Source: an uncultured Clostridia bacterium (GTDB lineage Bacteria; Bacillota; Clostridia; Oscillospirales; CAG-272). Taken from it: a DNA stretch of 54,652 nucleotides. The stretch is taken from positions 73,069 to 127,720 of the forward strand of contig CANQWE010000001.1 of the NCBI GenBank assembly GCA_947627475.1. The letters run 5' to 3'. Every line of letters starts with the position of its first letter. The stretch's first letter is position 1. Shown here piece by piece: positions 45,698-54,652 of this stretch. The notes under the pieces were generated by a model. The model made no database searches, was not told the DNA's origin, and saw only the letters and a program-made list of their open reading frames with translations. The position numbers and the translations under genes are program-made.

Positions 45698-45908
45698 TTT
45701 CTGCGGCGTCCTCCTGGGTATTTTCCCGCGGCAGCTGAACCGCCGCCGTATTAATTTTTCCGTGGGTTTTCTCGTAGTACTGTACGTTGCTGCGGATGAT
45801 GTGTAGAAGATGGTTGTTCAGCGTGTTGTTCTCATGCTGGGCAACGTACAAAAGTTTTTTATACAGCTGGGTATCCAGACGTACGGTAAATGTCTGTTTT
45901 TCTTTCAT
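45687..45908 (-). CDS. Small ribbon-helix-helix (Arc-like) DNA-binding protein
   Basis: FTVRL strand followed by two helices (LYKKLLYVAQHE, TLNNHLLHII); overlaps the purB start. Confidence 0.65.
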   Translation of the reverse strand: MKEKQTFTVRLDTQLYKKLLYVAQHENNTLNNHLLHIIRSNVQYYEKTHGKINTAAVQLPRENTQEDAAENEQ

Positions 45909-46079
45909 TGATCATCCCGCCCTTTTTATTTCCTGTAAAATACAGTATACCAGAATGATACCGGAAAATCAAGCCGGGGGGCGGGCAGACGCCGATAGAA
46001 TATTTACAAAAAACTGTGGAAAGGGACGGGAAAGTATGATACAATAATACAGCTTTAAAGAAACTGAGGATTCACAAAG

Positions 46080-46619
46080 GTGAAGGATACAAATAAAAGA
46101 GAGGAGCAGCGCAGTTTGGCAGACCGTCTGCGGGAAGCCAGGGAAAAGGCGGGACTATCCCAGCAAGAGCTGGCGCAGCGGCTGGAGGTATCGCCGGAGA
46201 TCTATGCTGCTTGGGAAGCGGGGACACAGTCGCCAGACACAGAGACTGTACGACGGGCTGCGTCTGCTTTGCATGTTACCGGCAATTATCTGTTGTTTGG
46301 CTTGTCCCGTGAGGGAATGGTAGGGGCTATGTTTCCCAACAAGGCCACGCCAGCTGTGCTTCCCGGATGGTACGGCTGCAGGATGGCAGGCGTGGCGCTG
46401 CTGTTTTGCGGCGGCGCGGGCATGCTTCTGCTGGCATTTTTGGATCGTGGCAGGGAAGGTGCAGGCGCGACGCTGCTGTCCTATCTTCCGTTCCAGATTT
46501 TTTTGGCAATATATACTGTGGGCGTAGCTTTATGTACGATATCCGCAGTTTTGCACAGCAGAGATAAGAAAAAGAAGCGTGTGAAGGAGCAGGACCATGA
46601 AAGAGAAAAGGGCAAATGA
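46080..46619 (+). CDS. XRE-family HTH protein with two C-terminal TM helices
   Basis: RLREAREKAGLSQQELAQRLEVS...WEAG...P; two hydrophobic segments. Confidence 0.8.
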   Translation: MKDTNKREEQRSLADRLREAREKAGLSQQELAQRLEVSPEIYAAWEAGTQSPDTETVRRAASALHVTGNYLLFGLSREGMVGAMFPNKATPAVLPGWYGCRMAGVALLFCGGAGMLLLAFLDRGREGAGATLLSYLPFQIFLAIYTVGVALCTISAVLHSRDKKKKRVKEQDHEREKGK

Positions 46620-48000
46620 AGCCGGCTTGAAAAAGGGGATGACGAAAAAAAGCATTTGGATTACCGTGATTCTTTCTGCCGTGGTTTTGCTTATTGCTGG
46701 CAGTGCTGTACTCATATTTTTGCTTACAAGGGATAAGGAGGTGCCGGACGGGCAGAACGCAGACGGCGCATCTCTTGTGCTGGAGAATCAGAAATGGGAG
46801 GACTTTCTTTATTCTGTGTACGATGACGGCACAGCTACGCTTACTGGTTACACGGGAGATGACAAAGTGGTAGAAGTCCCGGCAGAAATCGAAGGGCATA
46901 CAGTGAATACCATTGGAATTGGGTGTTTTAATGTAGGGGAAGAATGTCCTATGGAAGAAATTTTGCTTCCGGATACGATCAAGCGGTTTGAGGCACATTC
47001 GTTTGGTAATGCCAAAAATTTAAAACGGATTGCCATTCCACAGGGAACTACAGAAATTGAACTTGGAACATTTGTATATTGCTCTTCCCTAGAGGAAGTA
47101 AGCATTCCCGATACGGTTACAGAGATTGGAGAAGGGGCATTTTCCTTCTGCTCTGCGCTGGAAGGGATAGAGCTGCCGCCAAATCTGAAGACAGTGGGAG
47201 ACAGCGCGTTTTATATGTGCAAGGCACTGAAAAGTATTGCGCTTCCAAAGGGAGTAATGTCCATTGGAGAAGGCGCTTTTGAAGGGTGCTATGCGTTAGA
47301 AGAAATCGATATGCCGGACACGGTGGAGCAGATCGGAGCAAATGCGTTCAATCTGTGCGAATCGCTGACAGAGGTCAAGATATCTGAAGGCGTCACGGTT
47401 ATCGAAGAGGCTACCTTCAACAACTGCCTGGCGCTGGAGAAGGTGATTCTGCCCTCCCGTTTGGAATCCATTGAAGCAGCAGCCTTTTACTACTGTGAAA
47501 AATTGGAGTCCATCCCTTTGCCGGACACCCTGAAAAGTATCGGCGAATATGCGTTCTGCCACTGTATCGCTTTGCCACAGATCGAGCTGCCGGATTCGGT
47601 AGAAACTTTGGATAAGTCTGTGTTTGCCGATTGTACTGGTCTGAAAAAGGCGACGCTTTCGGATTCTCTTACGTCTATACCGGATTATACTTTTGCTCAG
47701 TGTACCAGTTTGCGCAGTATTGTGCTGCCTAGGGGTATTCAAAGCATTGGTGTGTATGCCTTTGTAAGCTGCGGGGAGATTACGGAGCTTTCCATTCCCG
47801 ATGGGGTGACGCTGGTAGATGCGTATGCGTTTTCTGAGATGAACAAGCTTGCGTCTATCACTGTACCGGATACGGTGGAGCAGATCGGAGAAGGCATACT
47901 TGCTTATACAGAGCAGGTGACAGTGCACTGCAGGGAGGACAGCACGATACACGAGTACTGCAGCGCCAATGAGATCCCCGTATCAATCTTAGATGATTGA
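46597..48000 (+). CDS. Membrane-anchored BspA-family (LRR_5) leucine-rich-repeat surface protein
   Basis: N-terminal TM; about 13 repeats of IxLPxxVxxIGxxAFxxCxxL. Confidence 0.92.
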   Translation: MKEKRANEAGLKKGMTKKSIWITVILSAVVLLIAGSAVLIFLLTRDKEVPDGQNADGASLVLENQKWEDFLYSVYDDGTATLTGYTGDDKVVEVPAEIEGHTVNTIGIGCFNVGEECPMEEILLPDTIKRFEAHSFGNAKNLKRIAIPQGTTEIELGTFVYCSSLEEVSIPDTVTEIGEGAFSFCSALEGIELPPNLKTVGDSAFYMCKALKSIALPKGVMSIGEGAFEGCYALEEIDMPDTVEQIGANAFNLCESLTEVKISEGVTVIEEATFNNCLALEKVILPSRLESIEAAAFYYCEKLESIPLPDTLKSIGEYAFCHCIALPQIELPDSVETLDKSVFADCTGLKKATLSDSLTSIPDYTFAQCTSLRSIVLPRGIQSIGVYAFVSCGEITELSIPDGVTLVDAYAFSEMNKLASITVPDTVEQIGEGILAYTEQVTVHCREDSTIHEYCSANEIPVSILDD

Positions 48001-48035
48001 CAGGGGAGGCGGACCTATCGAATATTTTGTAAAGT

Positions 48036-48067
48036 AAAAAACCGGCAGCAAAGCTGCCGCTTTTTTT
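48036..48067. terminator. Bidirectional terminator
   Basis: A-run, CGGCAGC-aaa-GCTGCCG, T-run between convergent genes. Confidence 0.7.
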
Positions 48068-50328
48068 TACAAATTTGTCAAGGTCACAGAGAAAGCATCC
48101 GTCGGGGAAAACCCGGGGATTTCCAGCTTACCGCAGCGCCGGTTTGCATCATAGGTAAAGGCAGTACCTTTGGGCGCGTCTGCACAGCGGGCTTCTTCTA
48201 TGTCCCAGAGCTCCAAGGTGAGAGTCCTGCTTGTACATTCTCCGGGGTATCCGTCTCCGGTGGGCGTATAAGAAAAAGTACGGTTTTTGCCGTCGTATTT
48301 GTAGATAAGCTCTGTGGCCCTGTACGCGCCGGACATATAGCCTTCTGTGATGCCATCGTCTTCAAACAGGGTGAAGCTGTCGGAAAGAGTTTCTTCTCCT
48401 CCAAAGATTCTTACGATCAGATGAGAGAGGGGCGTACTGGTCATCCGGTTGGTGTAGGGCTGCATTGGAAGGGGCTTACCTGCCCTTACAAACAGAGGAA
48501 AGGAATACAGATCATTTTGTATGGTGATCACCTGGCCGCCTTTATACCGAATCCCTGTAAAGTAGTCGTACCAAGTGCCTGCAGGAAGATATACCTTTGA
48601 GAGAGCAAGAAACGTCTCCCCTTCTCCCGGCTGACAAACAGGAGCAGCCAGCATAGAACCGCCCAGGTAATAGGTAGTGGGGTGATCGTATGCTTCTTTG
48701 TTTTCACTGTCGAAGAAATACAGCGGGCGTAGCATGGGAACACTGTCCCGATAGCTCTCGTAGGCAATGGAATACAGATAGGGAATCAGCATAGACCGCA
48801 GATGGAACATCTCCCGCATGGCGGAGCAGTAGGGCTCTCCCCATGTCCAGGGCCGGCGGTCGATTTTTTCATTGCCGCACACATGGAGCCGAAGCGCCGC
48901 GGAGGTAATGCCGAACTGGACCCAACGCACGTATAGCTCGGACTGCTTCTCGGGACTTGGATCTTCAAAGCCGCCGATATCGTGACTCCACCAGAAGCAG
49001 CCTGCATTCCCCGCACTGACAGTCATATAAACCTGGAAGGCAAGGGTATCCCAGGTAGAGACCGTGTCTCCGGAGAAGTAGATCGGATGCTTGTGATCGC
49101 CGAACCCACCCCAACGGGAGAAGGACATGCCCCGCAGCCCATTTTTTCTGGAATGGGCATAATACAGGTAGTTCAGCCAGGGCAAATGGGTGAGCGTCCC
49201 CAGCCCGTTTACCGTGGGATACAGATAATCCTGCTGCCAGTCCAGCCACCAGAAATCTACCCCCATTTTTTCATACTGGGTGTGGGTGCTTTCAAAAAAA
49301 GCTTCCATATAATCCCGGCTGCCGGCGTTGAACCGGAAGTTTACTACATCCCGTTTGCTGTTTTCCCGTTCCCGCTCCGATTGCTTGTCCGGGATAAGGG
49401 GCACTTCTTCCTGGTAATGCTTTTCACGCAGCATCTTCGTAAATGCGGGATAGGTCTCCTCGTGATCCCGGATCCCGTCTGCAGGGTGGTCGTTGAGGGT
49501 AACGGCGATCCCCCGCCGGTGCAGCTGTGCCAGCAGTCCCGCCGGGTCAGGAATTTCCCGCCGGTTCCAGGTATATCCGGTCCATCCCAGATTTCCTCCG
49601 GCGTGGCCGTAGCCGTAAAGGGCCCGGGGATCCCCTTCTTCATACCCCCAGTCCTGATAGTGCCAGTCCATATCCATCACCAGAATATCCAGAGGAAAAT
49701 CGTTGGCGTCGTATTCGTCTACAAGCTGGAGAAATTGTTCTGCACTGTACCTCCACCAGCGGGAATACCAGGAGCCCAGTGCATACTTGCGGGGCAGAGC
49801 CATTTTTCCGGATACAAATGCCAAATCCTGCAGAGCCGCCGGATAGTCATGCCCATATGCGAAGAGATACAGATCACACAGGTGCTCTTGACTGCGGCAC
49901 TGGAGCCAGCCGTCTACAAAAACGGGGGTTCCCGAATCGTCGATCACGTGCCATCCGTCCCGGGACAGCAACCCATCCGGCAGGGGCCTGTGCCCGTCTA
50001 CTCCGTCCAGAGTAGCCAGGGTCCCCCCCAAATTGTTTTCGTTTTTGTCCCCATACTTCCAAGTGGTTTCTACCTTCCCCGTGTGAATTTTGGCAGACAG
50101 GCTTTCCGGTGCAAAAGGCGCGCCGACACGGTAGGTGAGGGTTAGTTTTTTTGTAGCGATGGTGACGATATCCCCTTCCTGCGTAAAGGCTGCCCCTGCG
50201 GCAGGACAGGAACGATTGGCAAACAAGGTGGCGCCGTCTGCAAAGACCGCGTCCTTTGTGTATTCCATGCGGATCACCCCATCGGTGATTGCGGTGAACC
50301 GGGCATTTCCGACAGTCCATTGATTCAT
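48067..50328 (-). CDS. Glycoside hydrolase family 31 (cytoplasmic)
   Basis: FPLDILVMDMDWH, WWLDW nucleophile, WSHDIGG acid/base, ELYVRW, LIPYLY, FEDDG. Confidence 0.92.
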   Translation of the reverse strand: MNQWTVGNARFTAITDGVIRMEYTKDAVFADGATLFANRSCPAAGAAFTQEGDIVTIATKKLTLTYRVGAPFAPESLSAKIHTGKVETTWKYGDKNENNLGGTLATLDGVDGHRPLPDGLLSRDGWHVIDDSGTPVFVDGWLQCRSQEHLCDLYLFAYGHDYPAALQDLAFVSGKMALPRKYALGSWYSRWWRYSAEQFLQLVDEYDANDFPLDILVMDMDWHYQDWGYEEGDPRALYGYGHAGGNLGWTGYTWNRREIPDPAGLLAQLHRRGIAVTLNDHPADGIRDHEETYPAFTKMLREKHYQEEVPLIPDKQSERERENSKRDVVNFRFNAGSRDYMEAFFESTHTQYEKMGVDFWWLDWQQDYLYPTVNGLGTLTHLPWLNYLYYAHSRKNGLRGMSFSRWGGFGDHKHPIYFSGDTVSTWDTLAFQVYMTVSAGNAGCFWWSHDIGGFEDPSPEKQSELYVRWVQFGITSAALRLHVCGNEKIDRRPWTWGEPYCSAMREMFHLRSMLIPYLYSIAYESYRDSVPMLRPLYFFDSENKEAYDHPTTYYLGGSMLAAPVCQPGEGETFLALSKVYLPAGTWYDYFTGIRYKGGQVITIQNDLYSFPLFVRAGKPLPMQPYTNRMTSTPLSHLIVRIFGGEETLSDSFTLFEDDGITEGYMSGAYRATELIYKYDGKNRTFSYTPTGDGYPGECTSRTLTLELWDIEEARCADAPKGTAFTYDANRRCGKLEIPGFSPTDAFSVTLTNL

Positions 50329-50366
50329 AGGATACCTCCAAATCGGCAAGTTGCGTTGTCTGTTTC

Positions 50367-50395
50367 ATCATACAGGAGCAGGGAGAAAATGTCAA
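50367..50395 (-). promoter_or_regulatory. sigma-A promoter for GH31
   Basis: Minus strand TTGACA, 17 bp, TATGAT. Confidence 0.7.
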
Positions 50396-50398
50396 TGT

Positions 50399-52726
50399 CT
50401 ATTCCCTTGGAAAGACAAAATAATATGGAGACGCAGGCTTGCCTTCTATATGTACATATTCCAGGGCCTCACCCGTGCGAAATACTGCTCCTACTGCTGA
50501 AAGCTCCGATACGTATATGTCGGCTTTATATAAAGGTCCGTGGGCGCCAAACCATAAAACCTCCGTATCCTGTGTTTGGAATTCATCCAATCTGCAGGCT
50601 TCTGCCCAGGATGCCCCCAAATAGACCAGACGGCTGGCCCCTGCCTCTACGTCCAACCGGATGATCGGCTGAACCGACCGGTCCAGATATTTGCTTTCGT
50701 AGGTGACGATCCGGGCACCCTGAAAGGAGAGGATCTCTCCGGGGGTATATGTAACGATCTCCACTCCTGCAGCCGCGGCCTTTTCATACAGGCGGTAGGC
50801 CGTCTCCGTATCCTCGTCCGGTATCCAAATCTGCCGTACCATTTCCCGTTTCCACAGCTTTTCCAGGGATTCGATATGCTTATTATGCAAGTGGGTCAGC
50901 ATCACCGCTTCAATTTCTGTACAGTAAAGGGGTTTGGATACGTCGGCTCCCCTCCGCAGGGCGGCGTATCCTCCAGCCGTTATATCAATAAGAAGGGCAT
51001 GTTCGCCCTGTGTTACAACCAGGCCGTCGTTTTTGGCTGTCCAGGTTCCGTTGTCCATGCCGCTGTTGATCATGACCGCTGCAGTTTGATCTGCGTGGGC
51101 CGTACGCCATCCTACGATACAGCCGCTAAGCACCAGCAGTGTGGCTACCGTACAGGAAACCGGGACGCGCCGCTTTCCTTTTCGTGCAGCCAGCGCCCAT
51201 AGGACAAAGCAAAATACGGCGATTGTCAGCAGGGGCGCAAATGGATAGTACGTGGAAATGCAGACATTGCGCAGTACGGACAGGGCTGCGGAAAGATCTA
51301 TGGTCAAGTCACAGATCCATCGCACGATGGGGAGCAGGAGCCCGGTGAACAGAGGAGAGGGGGATGTAAGCAGTAATAGGGGGAGCATCCAAAGCAGCAT
51401 GGTGGCCAGCGGACTGAAAATCACGCAGGAGAGGGGCGCCAATACAGAAACCTGACCAAACAGCAGGCAGGTGAGCGGCAGCATGAATAATACTACGCAC
51501 ACGGATAAAAGGAAAAAGCTTCCTACCGATTTGATCCGCCGGAGCAGCGCGGCAAGGATGCCGGATTTTTGCTCTTCCTCAGAAAATGCGGGCTTCTTTG
51601 TGGCTTGATTATACAGTAGCACTGCCAGAACACCCCAAAAGGAGAGCAACAGTCCTACATCCCGGGCGGCGCCGGGACTGCACAAAAGAATTGTGCATAC
51701 GGCGATGCCCAGGTTGGTAAAGCTGTCGCTTCCCTTTCCAAAAATTTTCAAAAACATGCAAATCAGCAGCATAATCCCTGCTCGGGTGACAGAAGGGGTA
51801 AAGCCAGAAATAATCATGTACAAAATGGCTACCCCTATGGAAAATCCTGTTCCCCAACGTCGGCCGATCCTTCGTCCCAGTGCGCCGGCAAATCCGGTAA
51901 CCACAGTCAGGTGCATGCCGCTCAGCGCCAGGATGTGGGAAATGCCCAGCCGTCCAAAATCCCGTTTGACCTGGTCCGGCAAAACATCCCGGTCTCCCAA
52001 AAACAGGGCGGCTGCAAACCCGCCTGCATCCTCTTCAAGCAAATCTGTCAGAATGGCAGAGAGATATTTTTGCACACCTTTGCCCCACAGCAGAATTTGT
52101 TGTACCGGCGGGGCGGCCTTGTCCACAAACTGGATATCCATGGCTACCGCTTCTGCCCGCACCCCTTTGGATCGGGAATATTCCCGCTGGTCCGGATCGA
52201 ATATCTGTTGCGCTCCCAGCTTTTCAAAGGAGAGGGTGCCCTCTACGCCGGCGCCTACCTCCAATTTCTCTTCTGTTTCCATACTCACCAGAAAGCTGTC
52301 TTTTTCATCGTCAATGGAATCGATATAAACTGTATATATATTGCTATAGGCAGAGGTCCATTTTTCTTCCATAATGATGCCGGTTATATGAGACTGCTGT
52401 CCTGACAGGGCGTCATAATGCTCTTGTCGAATTTCCTCGCTTAGGGTGAGCAGATTGGCTATGCAGCAGCCTATCAAAAGAGCAATCACAAACGGGAGCC
52501 AGGTACCGATAGTGCCTGCTCCCGTCTTTCGCCTTTGTTTGATTTTACACGGTCGAAACCACAGGATCAGCACAGCGGCGACAGCCAGAAAAAACAAAAT
52601 CCCAAGAGCGGCCCGGATTTCTTTTCCACAAATACTGTGGGCCAAAAGAGCATTGAGCCCCCATGCACCCAGATACATCCCCAGGCATCCGCCAAACAAA
52701 GGCCGCAGACGCAATTCCTTGTTCAT
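50399..52726 (-). CDS. comEC: ComEC/Rec2 competence channel with beta-lactamase-like C-terminus
   Basis: GISHILALSGMH, PSVTRAGIM, GLLLSF, many TM helices, THLH..H. Confidence 0.88.
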   Translation of the reverse strand: MNKELRLRPLFGGCLGMYLGAWGLNALLAHSICGKEIRAALGILFFLAVAAVLILWFRPCKIKQRRKTGAGTIGTWLPFVIALLIGCCIANLLTLSEEIRQEHYDALSGQQSHITGIIMEEKWTSAYSNIYTVYIDSIDDEKDSFLVSMETEEKLEVGAGVEGTLSFEKLGAQQIFDPDQREYSRSKGVRAEAVAMDIQFVDKAAPPVQQILLWGKGVQKYLSAILTDLLEEDAGGFAAALFLGDRDVLPDQVKRDFGRLGISHILALSGMHLTVVTGFAGALGRRIGRRWGTGFSIGVAILYMIISGFTPSVTRAGIMLLICMFLKIFGKGSDSFTNLGIAVCTILLCSPGAARDVGLLLSFWGVLAVLLYNQATKKPAFSEEEQKSGILAALLRRIKSVGSFFLLSVCVVLFMLPLTCLLFGQVSVLAPLSCVIFSPLATMLLWMLPLLLLTSPSPLFTGLLLPIVRWICDLTIDLSAALSVLRNVCISTYYPFAPLLTIAVFCFVLWALAARKGKRRVPVSCTVATLLVLSGCIVGWRTAHADQTAAVMINSGMDNGTWTAKNDGLVVTQGEHALLIDITAGGYAALRRGADVSKPLYCTEIEAVMLTHLHNKHIESLEKLWKREMVRQIWIPDEDTETAYRLYEKAAAAGVEIVTYTPGEILSFQGARIVTYESKYLDRSVQPIIRLDVEAGASRLVYLGASWAEACRLDEFQTQDTEVLWFGAHGPLYKADIYVSELSAVGAVFRTGEALEYVHIEGKPASPYYFVFPRE

Positions 52727-52736
52727 GCGGATATCC

Positions 52737-53162
52737 TCATCTGTTCGATTCAAAAAAAGCAGGGTCCATCAAATCTTCTAAGGTAACAGCATCCAGATAT
52801 GCGGCTACGACTTTGTCCAGGCCCTTCCACAACGGCAGGGTTTTACACGCTCCGGACCGGTCGCATACCCCGTCGGCACATTCCGGGCAGGATACAGACG
52901 CCATGGTGCTTTCTGTCAGCTGTAAAATGTTCCCCACTGTATAATCTGCTGGGGCTTTGGCAAGCCGGTAGCCGCCGCCTCTCCCCCGCAGCGCGTCCAC
53001 AAATCCGGCCCGACTGAGGATCACAAGAATGCTTTCCAAATATTTTAGAGAAATATCTTCTTTTTCTGCGATTTCCTTTAAGGGAACAAAGCTGCCATCC
53101 TGTATTTCTGCAAGGGCCAGCATAACCCGCAGCGCATAGCGACCTTTTGTGGATATGATCAT
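52737..53162 (-). CDS. Rrf2-family transcriptional regulator
   Basis: ISTKGRYALR, ISLKYLE, RGRGGGYRL, Cys cluster CPEC...C...C. Confidence 0.93.
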   Translation of the reverse strand: MIISTKGRYALRVMLALAEIQDGSFVPLKEIAEKEDISLKYLESILVILSRAGFVDALRGRGGGYRLAKAPADYTVGNILQLTESTMASVSCPECADGVCDRSGACKTLPLWKGLDKVVAAYLDAVTLEDLMDPAFFESNR

Positions 53163-53279
53163 GGGTTCACCTTCTTTATAAAATTTTCTGTTTAACATAA
53201 TACAACATTTTTCGAGAAAAAACAAGGTTATAAAGTGATTTGAAGGAATATAGCACAATTTCTGGAAATAAGAAAAAGA

Positions 53280-53308
53280 TTGACAGCTTTTGCTGGATTG
53301 TGTACAAT
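53280..53308 (+). promoter_or_regulatory. sigma-A promoter
   Basis: TTGACA (53280-53285), 17 bp, TACAAT (53303-53308). Confidence 0.7.
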
Positions 53309-53464
53309 ACTATTATATAAAGAAAGATTATATTGCATTAAATTCAGTATAGGATTTTACGCAAAAATTCTTCTTTAAATCGGAGCAGGCCCATTTTTTC
53401 TGAAAAAGGAACAGCCAAATTTCACTACTATTTTGCCGCCGCCTGCGGCGGAACGGAGATTATT

Positions 53465-54433
53465 ATGAAAAAAAGATGGCGCATGATACAAAAAACGGCT
53501 CTATTGTTGTCAGCCCTTTTGCTATCCGGCTGTGCGCAGTCGGCGCTGCGGCCTGCTTCCCCCTCAGCCCCGGAGGAGGATTCCCGACTGATCACAGAAG
53601 ATGGGCAGTCTACCGCTGACGCCGTTCCAAGTACTGCACCTGAGACCACTGCGCCGATCCCCGAAACGACAGTGCCTCCGCAGCCGGAAAGCACCGCGCC
53701 GCCTCCGTTGGAGACGATAGAAATTATAGGCGGCGGAGAAATTGATCTTTCTGCAGATCCTTTTGCCGAAGGTAGAGAGCCGGCGGGACAATATGCACCT
53801 TCTGCATTGATGTATCATTTGATTTTAGAAGAACCTTATACCAATTTAACCGATTTGTTTGTGCGTCCGTCAGAGTTTGAGGACCACTTGCAGGTGCTCA
53901 CAGCCGCCGGCTGCGAATTTTTGTTTGCGGGTGAGTATGGTACGACAGAAGGCAGGAGCATTATTCTTACGTTTGACGATGGGTATGAGGACAACTATAC
54001 GGAAATGTTTCCCATTTTAAAAAAATACGGTGCCCGGGCTACGGTATTTATGATCACGGCCAACATCAATGCGCCTGGGTATCTTACGGAAGATATGATC
54101 CGGGAAATGGCGGACAGCGGTTTGGTGCGGTTTGAGTCTCATACGGTTACTCATCCCACGCTGACATCTCTGTCCAGGGAAGGACTGCAGGAGCAGTTTG
54201 CAGGATCTGCCAATAGACTGTATGAGCTGACAGAAAGGTATCCTACCGCTATCTGTTATCCGGGCGGGACGGTCAATGACTTTGTGATTGGAGAGGCGAC
54301 CCGGTATTATACGTTTGGCTATACTACGGTAAACAGCGCAAATACTTCCGGATGCAATCCGCTGGCAATTCCCAGAGTGCGCGTTTCCAGGGGAATGAGC
54401 GGTGCGGCCGTGATGTCGAAATTGGGCTGGTGA
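53465..54433 (+). CDS. Polysaccharide deacetylase (CE4) lipoprotein
   Basis: Lipobox LSGC; P/T/E linker; LMYH, TFDDGY, SHTVTH, YPGG. Confidence 0.9.
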   Translation: MKKRWRMIQKTALLLSALLLSGCAQSALRPASPSAPEEDSRLITEDGQSTADAVPSTAPETTAPIPETTVPPQPESTAPPPLETIEIIGGGEIDLSADPFAEGREPAGQYAPSALMYHLILEEPYTNLTDLFVRPSEFEDHLQVLTAAGCEFLFAGEYGTTEGRSIILTFDDGYEDNYTEMFPILKKYGARATVFMITANINAPGYLTEDMIREMADSGLVRFESHTVTHPTLTSLSREGLQEQFAGSANRLYELTERYPTAICYPGGTVNDFVIGEATRYYTFGYTTVNSANTSGCNPLAIPRVRVSRGMSGAAVMSKLGW

Positions 54434-54589
54434 TCCATTGCAGAATTTTGCCGCAGGCAAAAAGACGAGGGAAAGATGGTCTTTTTTTATCTCCACAGGG
54501 GAAAGTACCAGCTTATTGAAGCAAGGAAACGGTGGTACCTTTTGCCGGGGCTGGTCATGTACGTGTCTTGTATGACGTAGGATTATATA

Positions 54590-54652
54590 AAAGCCCCCTT
54601 GTGAAAGGAGAGCCTGTTGGCAGAGCCGACTGTGAGGGGTAGTTTGCTTCCA
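54590..54652 (-). repeat. REP-like element (inverted copy of 29831-29888)
   Basis: Reverse complement TGGAAGCAAACTACCCCTCACAGTCGGCTCTGCCAACAGGCTCTCCTTTCACAAGGGGGC resembles TGGAAGGAAACAACCCCTCAGTCGGCGCTGCCGCCAGCTCCCCTTAACAAGGGGAGC. Confidence 0.75.

Overview
A 54.6-kb chromosomal window from a Firmicute of the Clostridia type (sigma-A promoters, sortase, IreB, YtrA; inferred Oscillospirales/Eubacteriales-like). It is mostly housekeeping and metabolic: an HD phosphohydrolase, tRNA-Thr(GGT), glyA, a cysteine desulfurase, a D-psicose/tagatose 3-epimerase-kinase-aldolase cluster, a MerR-regulated flavodoxin/hydrolase pair, ribF, IreB, metA, metY, hemW, two COG0523 GTPases, class B sortase, pth-mfd, a YtrA-ABC operon, purB, GH31, comEC, Rrf2 and a polysaccharide deacetylase. 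No integrase, transposase, phage gene or CRISPR array was seen. Two things stand out. (1) An apparent non-cellulosomal cohesin-dockerin display system: a sortase-anchored single-cohesin protein on a long helical-repeat stalk (4636-6996), next to a four-lectin-domain dockerin protein (1543-4419), plus two more dockerin proteins (a DUF4838-like protein and an alkaline phosphatase). (2) Long, hairpin-rich intergenic blocks built from shared, shuffled modules with compensatory base changes (29.3-30.4 kb and 43.6-44.3 kb), together with a dispersed REP-like family and a 216-nt rod-shaped hairpin upstream of pth. All family calls are by motif recognition only; no database search was run.
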